Positions 1 through 7,416 of a stretch of 24,000 nt of DNA are shown piece by piece; position 1 is the first letter of the stretch, and each line of letters begins with the position of its first letter. The stretch is from positions 11,546-35,545 of the forward strand of contig JAODNN010000108.1 of assembly GCA_025465355.1 (NCBI GenBank). Direction: 5' to 3'. Under the pieces are notes generated by a model. It was not told the origin of the DNA. It saw only the letters and a list, made by a program, of their open reading frames with translations, and ran no database searches. The translations under genes and the position numbers were made by a program. This stretch comes from Blastococcus sp. GTDB lineage: Bacteria; Actinomycetota; Actinomycetes; Mycobacteriales; Geodermatophilaceae.

Positions 1-1182
1 GTGGGCGCCGCTGTCGGCATCGTCGCGCTCCTGGTGCTCGTCGCGCCGCTCACCGCGGCCCGGGTCGACGCCGGGGCGGACGTCTCTGGGAACCCCACGA
101 CCGTCGGTCTCGACCGGCGCCGGTTCTTCGTCGCCGCCGGGATGACGCTCGGCGCGGCGGTGATCGCGGGTGGCAGCGGGCGGCTCCTCCAGCGTCGGTT
201 CGAGGTCGCCGACGAGCGCAGCCGACTCACCCTGCCGACGCCGGCCTCGCCCGCGGCGGCGCTGCCGGCCGGCGCGGACCTGGGGACGGCGGTTCCCGGT
301 CTGACCCCGCTGTTCACCGGCAACCGGGACTTCTACCGGGTCGACACCGCGATCAGCGCGCCGCAGATCCGCCCCGCGGACTACCGCCTGACGTTGACCG
401 GGATGTTCGACTCCCCACGGGAGTACTCGCTGCCCGACCTGTACCGCCGCAAGGACCTGATCGAGCGGGACATCACGCTCACCTGCGTCTCCAACGAGGT
501 GGGCGGCACGCTGGCCGGGTCGGCACGCTGGCTCGGTGTCCCGCTCGGGACGTTCCTCCGTGAGAACGGGGTGCGGGCGGAGAGCTCCCAGCTGGTCTGC
601 CGGTCCGTCGACGGGATGACGATCGGGGCACCGACCCGTTCGGCGCTCGACGTCGAGGACGCGATGCTCGCGTTCGGCATGAACGGCGAGCCGCTTCCGA
701 TCGACCACGGCTTCCCGGTCCGGATGGTGATCCCGGGCCTCTACGGCTACGTGTCGGCCTGCAAGTGGCTGACGGCCATCGAGGCGACGACGTTCGAGGC
801 GTTCGACGCCTACTGGGTGCAACGCCTCTGGGCCCGGCAAGGGCCGATCAAGGTCGAGTCACGGATCGACACCCCCGCTCCCTCGAGCACCTTCGCGGCC
901 GGTCGGCGGGCGATCGCCGGGGTGGCCTGGGCGCAGACCCGCGGCATCTCCCGCGTCGAGGTCCGGGTCGACCAGGGGAGCTGGGCGGAGGCCAGGCTGT
1001 CCCCCGAGGTCGGTGCCGACCTGTGGCGGCAATGGGTCGTGCCCCACGACTTCGGCCCCGGCCCGCACCAGATCAGCGTGCGCGCCACGAGCGGGGACGG
1101 CGAGCTGCAGACCGAGGCGCGCGCGGACCCGTTCCCCGCCGGCGCGAGCGGCTGGCACACCATCCAGGTGGCCGTTCGCTAG
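1..1182 (+). CDS. molybdopterin-dependent oxidoreductase (sulfite oxidase / YedY-like family), probably 5'-truncated by the window edge
   Basis: The ORF is open to base 1. Motifs FYRVDT, ITLTCVSNEVGG and FPVRMVIPGLYGYVSACKWL are typical of the Oxidored_molyb domain, and an Ig-like C-terminal domain follows. A twin-arginine-like DRRRFFV follows a hydrophobic segment, which suggests an N-terminal membrane part lies upstream of the window. Confidence 0.8.
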   Translation: MGAAVGIVALLVLVAPLTAARVDAGADVSGNPTTVGLDRRRFFVAAGMTLGAAVIAGGSGRLLQRRFEVADERSRLTLPTPASPAAALPAGADLGTAVPGLTPLFTGNRDFYRVDTAISAPQIRPADYRLTLTGMFDSPREYSLPDLYRRKDLIERDITLTCVSNEVGGTLAGSARWLGVPLGTFLRENGVRAESSQLVCRSVDGMTIGAPTRSALDVEDAMLAFGMNGEPLPIDHGFPVRMVIPGLYGYVSACKWLTAIEATTFEAFDAYWVQRLWARQGPIKVESRIDTPAPSSTFAAGRRAIAGVAWAQTRGISRVEVRVDQGSWAEARLSPEVGADLWRQWVVPHDFGPGPHQISVRATSGDGELQTEARADPFPAGASGWHTIQVAVR

Positions 1183-1276
1183 GCGACGCACTCCGTTCGC
1201 AGGCGTCCTGCCGGGCTGACGCCGTCCGCACAGCGACAATGCCGTCGCGTCGGACCAGCAAGGAGCAACCAGCCAC

Positions 1277-1942
1277 GTGAAGAGAACTCTGCGCGCCCGC
1301 GGCGTCCTCCTGACCGCGATCGCTTGCCTCACCCTCGGGGGAACGGCCTGCGGCTCGGCAGCGTCGCGCGACGCGGCATCGCCGGGTGCGGGCAGCGCGG
1401 CACCCGCGAAGGTCGCCACGAGCGCCACGGTCCTGGCACCGGACCGGCCCTTCGGTGCCGGCTGCGCGGCCGTTTCCGCAGCCGCGCCGGGGAGCATGAG
1501 CGCGATGGCTCATGACCCCGTCGTCCTGGCCGCGAGCCGCAATCCCGTGCTGTCCTCGTTCGTCATCAACGTCCAGAGGGCGAACCTGGCCGACCCGTTC
1601 AACAGCCAGCAGGCGATCACGGTCCTGCTTCCTGTCAACCAGGCCTTCACGGCAGTCCCGGCCCCGTCGCTCCACCGGCTGCTGTCCGACACGGCCACCC
1701 TCACCCAGGTGCTCACCCACCACGTGATCCCGGGCCGGCTCACCCCGGGCGAGCTGGTGGGAACCCACACCACGCTGGACAACGACACCGTGACCATCAC
1801 CGCTTCCGGGGCGGTCTTCACCGTGGGGGCCGGGCAGACAGTGGCCGGCACCAAGGCCGCCACGGTGATCTGCGGCAACGTCCAGACGGCGAACGCGACC
1901 CTCTACATGATCGACGGCTTGCTGAAGCCGCCGGCCTCCTGA
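1277..1942 (+). CDS. fasciclin (FAS1) domain secreted protein or lipoprotein, MPT70/MPB70-like
   Basis: GTG start with an AAGGAG Shine-Dalgarno at 1260-1265. The N-terminal signal sequence is MKRTLRARGVLLTAIACLTLGGTAC. FAS1-type motifs are present: TVLLPVNQAF, VLTHHVIPGRL and ATLYMIDGLL. Confidence 0.85.
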   Translation: MKRTLRARGVLLTAIACLTLGGTACGSAASRDAASPGAGSAAPAKVATSATVLAPDRPFGAGCAAVSAAAPGSMSAMAHDPVVLAASRNPVLSSFVINVQRANLADPFNSQQAITVLLPVNQAFTAVPAPSLHRLLSDTATLTQVLTHHVIPGRLTPGELVGTHTTLDNDTVTITASGAVFTVGAGQTVAGTKAATVICGNVQTANATLYMIDGLLKPPAS

Positions 1943-1998
1943 TCCGCGCGTACTGCCGCCGGGCCAGGGCGCCGGTGTCCCTCAGTAGGGTCGGGCGC

Positions 1999-2553
1999 AT
2001 GACGGCTGCCCCCGCCCTGCCCGACCGCGACCGGCTGCTCCAGCTGATCGCGGAGCTCGCCGTGGTGCACGGGAAGGTCACGTTGTCCTCGGGCCGCGAA
2101 GCCGACTGGTACATCGACATGCGTCGACTCACGCTGCACCACGAGGGCGCCCCGCTGGTCGGCCGGGTGATGCGCCAGCTGACCCGTGACCTGCGCTACG
2201 ACGTCGTCGGCGGCCTCACCCTCGGCGCCGACCCGGTGGCGACGGCGATGCTGCACGCGGCCTCCGACGGTGAGGGATTCCTCGACGCCTGCGTCGTCCG
2301 CAAGACGGGCAAGGCCCATGGTCTCCAGCGACGCATCGAGGGCCCGGACGTCGAGGGCCGCACGGTGCTCGTCGTCGAGGACGTCTCCACCACCGGCGGC
2401 AGTCCGCTGACCGCGGCCGAGGCACTGGAGGAAGCAGGCGCCGAGGTGATCGGGATCGCGGTGATCGTCGACCGTGGTGGCCGGAAGGCCGTCGAGGCCG
2501 CCGGCTACGAGTACCGCGCGGCGTTCTCCCTGAGTGACCTCGGGCTGACCTGA
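1999..2553 (+). CDS. pyrE: orotate phosphoribosyltransferase
   Basis: PRPP-binding motif VLVVEDVSTTGGS, with overall OPRTase-like sequence and length (184 aa from ATG 1999). The track ORF begins at GTG 1975, so the start is ambiguous between 1975 and 1999. Confidence 0.9.
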   Translation: MTAAPALPDRDRLLQLIAELAVVHGKVTLSSGREADWYIDMRRLTLHHEGAPLVGRVMRQLTRDLRYDVVGGLTLGADPVATAMLHAASDGEGFLDACVVRKTGKAHGLQRRIEGPDVEGRTVLVVEDVSTTGGSPLTAAEALEEAGAEVIGIAVIVDRGGRKAVEAAGYEYRAAFSLSDLGLT

Positions 2554-2566
2554 CCTTCCCACCTGA

Positions 2567-2584
2567 CGAGATCGCGCGATCTCG
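2567..2584. promoter_or_regulatory. 18-bp perfect palindrome CGAGATCGCGCGATCTCG (extends to a 22-bp perfect palindrome at 2565-2586); candidate operator or pyrE terminator hairpin
   Basis: Read directly from the sequence. It lies 12 nt after the pyrE stop, and a second copy lies 41 bp downstream. Confidence 0.35.
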
Positions 2585-2607
2585 TCGCGTAGGGGTGCCG
2601 GAAGCGC

Positions 2608-2625
2608 CGAGATCGCGGGATCTCG
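2608..2625. promoter_or_regulatory. second copy of the palindrome, CGAGATCGCGGGATCTCG (17/18 identical to 2567-2584)
   Basis: Read directly from the sequence. It has 7-bp arms around GCGG and sits immediately upstream of GGAGGA (2627-2632) and the flavoprotein gene start region. Confidence 0.35.
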
Positions 2626-2669
2626 CCGGAGGATGTCACCCTGAGCGGGTGAACGCGGCCCGGGATCGG

Positions 2670-4007
2670 ATGGTCGTCATCGGCGGGGACGCCGCCGGGT
2701 TGTCGGCAGCCGCCCAGGCGCGGCGGCTACGCCCCGCGTCGGAACTGGAGATCGTCGTCCTCGAGCAGGGGCCCGATGCGTCCTACTCGGCGTGCGGGAT
2801 CCCTTACTGGGTCGGCGGGCTGGTCTCCGACCGGAACCGGCTGATCGCGCGCACGCCCGCCGAGTTCGCCGCCAGGGACATCACCGTGCGCACGGGCACG
2901 CGAGCCGAGGAGATCGATCTTTCGGCGGGCACGGTCACCGTCACGGGCGGCGAACGACTGACCTACGGCCACCTCGTCGTCGCCACGGGCGGCCGGCCGG
3001 CTCATCCCGACGTGCCGGGTCTGGATGCCGCCGGGGTGCACGGGGTGCATCGGCTGGCCGACGGCGCCGACATCCGGGCCGCGATCGCCGCGGGGGCGAA
3101 ACGGGCCGTCGTCCTCGGCGGCGGCTACATCGGCCTGGAGATGGCGGAGGTGCTGAAGACCCGCGGCCTCGAGGTGACCGTGGTCCTCGCCGACCCGGTG
3201 CCGATGGCCCAGCTCGACACCGACATGGGGGAGCGGGTCTGCAAGGCGATGGGCGACATGGGCTTCGACATGCAGACCGGGCAGCCGGTGCGCGAGATCG
3301 AGGTCGACGGCGACGGCGTGGTGCAGGCGGTGCGGACCGACGCCGGCAGTTACCCGTGCGATCTCGTCGTCCTCGGCCTGGGCATGGGGCCGGAGGTGAC
3401 ACTGGCGCGCGAGGCGGGCCTCGACATCGGCGTCACCGGCGCGATCGACGTCCGCCGGAATCAGCAGAGCCGCTCCCACCCCGAGATCTTCGCCGCAGGT
3501 GACTGCTCGCAGACGTTCCATCGGATCACCGGCGAGCCTGCGCACATCGCGCTCGGCACGCACGCCAACAAGCAGGGCCGGATCGCCGGTTCCGTCATCG
3601 GGGGCCGTCCCGCCCGCTTCGCCGGTGTCCTCGGCACCGCCGTGACGAAGGTGGGTGACCTGGAGGTCGGTCGCACCGGCCTGTGCACCACGCAGGCCGA
3701 GGACAACGGCTACGACTACCGCACCGAGACGATCGAGGGCACCACCCGCGCCGGCTACTACCCGGGCGCGGCGGAGATCGCGGTCAAGCTGCTCAGCGAG
3801 CGCGGCTCCGGCCTGCTGCTCGGCGCGCAGGTGGTCGGCGGCCCCGGCAGTGGGAAACGGATCGACGTCCTGGCCACCGCGATCTGGGCCGGGATGACCG
3901 CCGAGGAGCTGGCCGGCTCCGACCTCTCCTACGCGCCGCCGTTCTCACCGACCTACGACCCGGTCGTGGTCGCCGCGCGCGTCGCCAGCCGGATCGAGCA
4001 GGGCTGA
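2670..4007 (+). CDS. FAD-dependent pyridine nucleotide-disulfide oxidoreductase (CoA-disulfide reductase / NADH oxidase-like)
   Basis: N-terminal FAD fold VVIGGDAAGLSAAAQARR, a single redox-Cys motif SYSACGIPYW, a second dinucleotide fold VVLGGGYIGLEMAE, and AAGDC near the C-terminal third. The start is uncertain, with in-frame candidates at ATG 2670, GTG 2649 and GTG 2595. The 2595 start would bury the second palindrome in coding sequence. Confidence 0.8.
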   Translation: MVVIGGDAAGLSAAAQARRLRPASELEIVVLEQGPDASYSACGIPYWVGGLVSDRNRLIARTPAEFAARDITVRTGTRAEEIDLSAGTVTVTGGERLTYGHLVVATGGRPAHPDVPGLDAAGVHGVHRLADGADIRAAIAAGAKRAVVLGGGYIGLEMAEVLKTRGLEVTVVLADPVPMAQLDTDMGERVCKAMGDMGFDMQTGQPVREIEVDGDGVVQAVRTDAGSYPCDLVVLGLGMGPEVTLAREAGLDIGVTGAIDVRRNQQSRSHPEIFAAGDCSQTFHRITGEPAHIALGTHANKQGRIAGSVIGGRPARFAGVLGTAVTKVGDLEVGRTGLCTTQAEDNGYDYRTETIEGTTRAGYYPGAAEIAVKLLSERGSGLLLGAQVVGGPGSGKRIDVLATAIWAGMTAEELAGSDLSYAPPFSPTYDPVVVAARVASRIEQG

Positions 4008-4011
4008 GCGC

Positions 4012-4638
4012 GTGGCCGACCGGGCCGGCGGCGAGCCCTTGCCCACCGAGACCGAGATCCGGCAGGCGGACTGGTACGGCGAGGACATCTCCGGGCAGAA
4101 GCACACCAGGGTGGCCTTCGTGGGTCTCGACCTCACCGAGGTCACCGACGACGGCGCCGTCTTCACCGAGTGCACCTTCCGCGACGCGAAGTTCAACCTC
4201 TCGCGGCACACCGACGCCGCGTTCCTGAACTGCGCCTTCATCGGCTGCTCGTTCTTCGACGCCACGTTCACCGACTGCAAGCTGGTGGGCAGCAGGTTCG
4301 AGCGGTGCGCGTTCGACCTGCTGACAGTCTCCGGCGGCGACTGGTCGTTCATCGCGCTGCCCGGCGCGGACCTGAGCCGGGCGACGCTCGACGGCACCCG
4401 CCTGCGGGAGGCCGACCTCACCGGGGTGCGGGCGGTCGACGCCACGCTGCGGCACCTGGACCTGTCCGCGGCGGAGCTGTACGAGGCGGACTTCAGCGGT
4501 GCGGACCTGCGCGGCTCGGACCTTTCCGCAGTGGATCCGCGCACCGTCGAACTCACCGGCGCGCAGGTCGACGTCGCCCAGGCGGTCGTCCTCGTGACCG
4601 CCCTGGGCCTTCGCGTACGCCCCGACGCCCCGGAGTAG
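4012..4638 (+). CDS. pentapeptide-repeat protein, MfpA/Qnr-like size and layout
   Basis: Continuous A(D/N)LXX-type pentapeptide repeats run through about 170 aa (for example CTFRDAKFNLSRHTDAAFLNCAFIGCSFFDATFTDCKLVGSRFERCAF and ADLSRATLDGTRLREADLTGVRAVDATLRHLDLSAAELYEADFSGADLRGSDLS). The tail AQAVVLVTALGLRV resembles the Qnr/MfpA C-terminus. The GTG start is 4 nt after the upstream stop. Confidence 0.85.
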   Translation: MADRAGGEPLPTETEIRQADWYGEDISGQKHTRVAFVGLDLTEVTDDGAVFTECTFRDAKFNLSRHTDAAFLNCAFIGCSFFDATFTDCKLVGSRFERCAFDLLTVSGGDWSFIALPGADLSRATLDGTRLREADLTGVRAVDATLRHLDLSAAELYEADFSGADLRGSDLSAVDPRTVELTGAQVDVAQAVVLVTALGLRVRPDAPE

Positions 4639-4705
4639 ACCCGGCGGCGCGATACTCATGCCGACTCAGGCTCTGCAGCCGGATCCCGACGGAGGAGTGC
4701 CCCGC

Positions 4706-5740
4706 ATGCCCATCGCGACCCCCGAGGTCTACGCCGACATGATCCGCCGGGCAAAGGAGGGCGGCTTCGCCTATCCGGCGATCAACTGCACCTCGTCGGA
4801 GACGGTGAACGCGGCCCTCCGCGGCTTCGCCGACGCCGGCAGTGACGGCATCATCCAGTTCTCCACCGGCGGTGCGGAGTTCGCCTCCGGCACGAGGGTG
4901 AAGGACATGGTGACCGGCGCGGTCGCCCTGGCCGAGTTCGCGCACGTGGTCGCCGAGAAGTACCCCGTGCAGGTCGCCCTCCACACCGACCACTGCCCGA
5001 AGGACAAGCTGGACAGCTACGTCCGCCCGCTGATCAAGCTCTCCCAGGACCGGGTGCAGGCCGGCCAGGAGCCGCTGTTCCAGTCGCACATGTGGGACGG
5101 CTCGGCCATCGAGCTCGAGGAGAACCTGCAGATCGCGGCCGACCTGCTCGAGGAGTGCGCCAAGGCCAAGATCGTTCTCGAGGTCGAGATCGGCGTCGTC
5201 GGCGGGGAAGAGGACGGCGTCTCGCACGACATCAACGAGAAGCTCTACACCGCCCCCGGCGACTTCATCCGCACGGCCGAGATGCTCGGGCTCGGCGAGA
5301 AGGGCGTCTACCTGCTGGCCGCCACCTTCGGGAACGTGCACGGCGTCTACAAGCCCGGCAACGTCAAGCTGCGGCCGGAGATCCTCAAGGAGGGTCAGGA
5401 GGTCGTGGCCGAGAAGTTCGGGCTGCCTCCGGGCAGCAAGCCGTTCAACCTGGTCTTCCATGGCGGCTCGGGCTCGTCGCGGGAGGAGATCCGCGAGGCC
5501 ATCTCCTACGGCGTGGTGAAGATGAACGTCGACACCGACACCCAGTACGCCTACACCCGGCCGATCGTCGACCACATGTTCAAGAACTACGACGGCGTCC
5601 TGAAGATCGACGGCGAGGTGGGCAACAAGAAGGCCTATGACCCGCGCAGCTACAACAAGCTCGCCGAGACGGGCATGGCCGCGCGCGTGGTCGAGGCGTG
5701 CGAGGACCTGTTGTCTGCCGGCCAGTCGCAGGCGGGCTGA
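4706..5740 (+). CDS. fba: class II fructose-bisphosphate aldolase
   Basis: Starts MPIATPEVYADMIRRAKEGGFAYPAINC and contains HTDHC and FHGGSGS motifs. At 344 aa it matches the mycobacterial Fba. GGAGGAG at 4691-4697 lies 8 nt before ATG 4706. The track ORF start at 4658 is probably too far upstream. Confidence 0.95.
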   Translation: MPIATPEVYADMIRRAKEGGFAYPAINCTSSETVNAALRGFADAGSDGIIQFSTGGAEFASGTRVKDMVTGAVALAEFAHVVAEKYPVQVALHTDHCPKDKLDSYVRPLIKLSQDRVQAGQEPLFQSHMWDGSAIELEENLQIAADLLEECAKAKIVLEVEIGVVGGEEDGVSHDINEKLYTAPGDFIRTAEMLGLGEKGVYLLAATFGNVHGVYKPGNVKLRPEILKEGQEVVAEKFGLPPGSKPFNLVFHGGSGSSREEIREAISYGVVKMNVDTDTQYAYTRPIVDHMFKNYDGVLKIDGEVGNKKAYDPRSYNKLAETGMAARVVEACEDLLSAGQSQAG

Positions 5741-5742
5741 TC

Positions 5743-6162
5743 GTGTCGCATCCCCACAACCTGCTGGGCGAGCCGCCGGCGACCCTGCTGCCCGGGAACC
5801 CGGAGGCCGACGCCGCCCTGGCGGCGGGTGCCGACCCGGCGGAGGTCGCGGCGGCCCATCCCACGGTGAGCGCCGCCTGGGCCGCGCTGGCCGAGCAGGC
5901 GCTGGACCGTCCCGACGGCGGGCTGTCCGCGACGATCGAGGCCTACGCGTATGCCCGCACCGGCTACCACCGGGGGCTCGACGCGCTGCGCCGCAACGGC
6001 TGGAAGGGCTTCGGTCCGGTGCCGTGGTCGCACGAGGGCAATCGCGGATTCCTGCGCTCTGTCACGCTGCTGGCCCGGGCCGCCGGGGCGATCGGTGAGG
6101 ACGCCGAGCAGGAGCGCTGCGCTCAACTGCTGCGCGACTGCGACCCCGACCTCGCCGCCTGA
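5743..6162 (+). CDS. DUF3151 family protein (conserved actinobacterial neighbour of fba)
   Basis: The core AYAYARTGYHRGLDALRRNGWKGFGPVPWSHEGNRGFLR matches my recollection of DUF3151, and its position next to fba mirrors mycobacterial synteny. GTG 5743 is 2 nt after the fba stop. The track start at 5698 overlaps fba. Confidence 0.7.
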   Translation: MSHPHNLLGEPPATLLPGNPEADAALAAGADPAEVAAAHPTVSAAWAALAEQALDRPDGGLSATIEAYAYARTGYHRGLDALRRNGWKGFGPVPWSHEGNRGFLRSVTLLARAAGAIGEDAEQERCAQLLRDCDPDLAA

Positions 6163-6344
6163 GGGGGCCGGGCTCGGGAAGTCCGGCGGTGACGACGGCA
6201 CTCTGGCGCAGAAAGTTTCGTTCGATCCTGTTTCGAGTGCTGTTCCTCCACCGATCTTTCAGCACGCGGTTTGGCGATCCCGCTCGGTGATCATTATCCC
6301 CATGCACGGCGCCGTCCGGGCGCCCGCAGGGTTGGAGGCAGCAC

Positions 6345-6488
6345 ATGGCCACGCTGCTGTGGATCATCGCGGTCGTACTGGTGATCGCCGGCATCGTCTC
6401 GATCTTCCGGGGACAGATGCTGTGGGGGATCGTGCTGATCGTCGTCGGGCTGCTGGTCGGACCGGGCGGCGTCAGCGTCTTCCATTGA
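6345..6488 (+). CDS. 47-aa two-helix small membrane protein with a GPGG motif
   Basis: Not in the supplied ORF track because it is short. GGAGG at 6334-6338 lies 6 nt before ATG 6345. The translation is MATLLWIIAVVLVIAGIVSIFRGQMLWGIVLIVVGLLVGPGGVSVFH. A very strong hairpin follows directly. It resembles the family I recall being named 'GPGG-motif small membrane protein'. Confidence 0.55.
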   Translation: MATLLWIIAVVLVIAGIVSIFRGQMLWGIVLIVVGLLVGPGGVSVFH

Positions 6489-6495
6489 CCGGTTC

Positions 6496-6548
6496 GCGGC
6501 CTGCCGGGCCCCGCGCCGCCTCCGGGCGCGCGGGGTCCGGCAGGCCGC
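6496..6548. terminator. bidirectional intrinsic-terminator-like hairpin (21-bp stem, one G.T pair, 11-nt loop, no T tract)
   Basis: GCGGCCTGCCGGGCCCCGCGC (6496-6516) pairs with GCGCGGGGTCCGGCAGGCCGC (6528-6548). It lies between the convergent small ORF (+) and the ABC ATPase gene (-). Confidence 0.55.
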
Positions 6549-6564
6549 GCCGGCCCCCGCCGGC

Positions 6565-7416
6565 TCAGCGCTCGCCGAGCTCCGGGTGCAGTGCGGTCAG
6601 CGCGCTGGTCAGCGTGGTGAGCTCCTCCCCACCGGCCATCAGCGCAGTGAGGACATCGGCGTCGACGTCGTCCCGGGTGAGGTGGCCGGCCACCTGACCG
6701 CCGGCCAGGAGCAGGAACCGGTCGCCGATGAGGTGGGCGTAGCGCGGGTTGTTGGTGACCAGGACGACGGCCAGCCCCTCCGCCCGCGCGGCCAGGACCG
6801 CTTGCCCGAACAGGGTCTGCCGGGCGAGTGTGATCGGCGTGGTCGGCTCGTCGATGACGAGGGCCCGTGCGCCGAAGTGCAACGCGCGGGCGACCGAGAG
6901 GCTCTGTCGTTCCCCGGCCTGCAGCGCGCTGGCGGGCTGGTCGGGATCCAGCCCCAGCACCCCGACCCGGGCCATGGCGCGCACGGTCGTCTCGCGGGCG
7001 CGGGCGAGATCGAGCCGGCGCAGCGGCCAGACGCCACGGGTCGGCTCGGCACCCAGGAAGAAGTTGCGCCACACCGAGAGCAGCGGGGCCACCGCCAGGT
7101 CCTGCCACACGGTGGCGATGCCCGCGGCCCGTGCCTGCCGAGGTGACCGGAAGTGCCGCGGCGTGCCACCGATCAGGAGTTTGCCCTCGTCGTGCCGGCG
7201 CAGTCCGGACAGCACCGACACGAGCGTGGACTTGCCCGACCCGTTCTCCCCGAGGACGCAGGTGATCTCACCGGCGTGCAGCGTCGCGCTGACCCGGGCG
7301 AGCGCCTCGACGCCGCCGTGCCGGACCGTCAGCTTGCGCAGTTCGAGCGCGGGTGCGGCCGCCCCTGCGGAGTCGGTGGCGTCCACCGGCGGGTGCGCCG
7401 GCAGCGGCCTGCTCAT
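6565..7416 (-). CDS. ABC transporter ATP-binding protein (single-domain, CUT2/FrcA-like), with atypical signature and H-loop regions
   Basis: Walker A GENGSGKST, Q-loop TVWQD, Walker B ALVIDEPT, and an FrcA-like tail LTALMAGGEEL. The start is ATG 7416 (MSRPLPAH), which overlaps the permease stop by 4 nt (ATGA). The 660-aa track ORF is a read-through artefact upstream of this start. Confidence 0.85.
   Translation of the reverse strand: MSRPLPAHPPVDATDSAGAAAPALELRKLTVRHGGVEALARVSATLHAGEITCVLGENGSGKSTLVSVLSGLRRHDEGKLLIGGTPRHFRSPRQARAAGIATVWQDLAVAPLLSVWRNFFLGAEPTRGVWPLRRLDLARARETTVRAMARVGVLGLDPDQPASALQAGERQSLSVARALHFGARALVIDEPTTPITLARQTLFGQAVLAARAEGLAVVLVTNNPRYAHLIGDRFLLLAGGQVAGHLTRDDVDADVLTALMAGGEELTTLTSALTALHPELGER

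Noticed and set aside
2632-2643. Mini-ORF ATG TCA CCC TGA directly overlapping the GGAGGA upstream of the flavoprotein gene (a possible leader peptide).
   Set aside because: It is three codons long with no spacing between the SD-like sequence and the ATG. There is no evidence for function beyond chance.
6220-6228. GTTCGATCC, reminiscent of a tRNA T-loop (GTTCGAATC), which might have marked a tRNA gene or an att-site remnant.
   Set aside because: The flanking bases cannot form a 5-bp T-stem, and no acceptor, anticodon or D arms can be drawn. This is an isolated 9-mer only.
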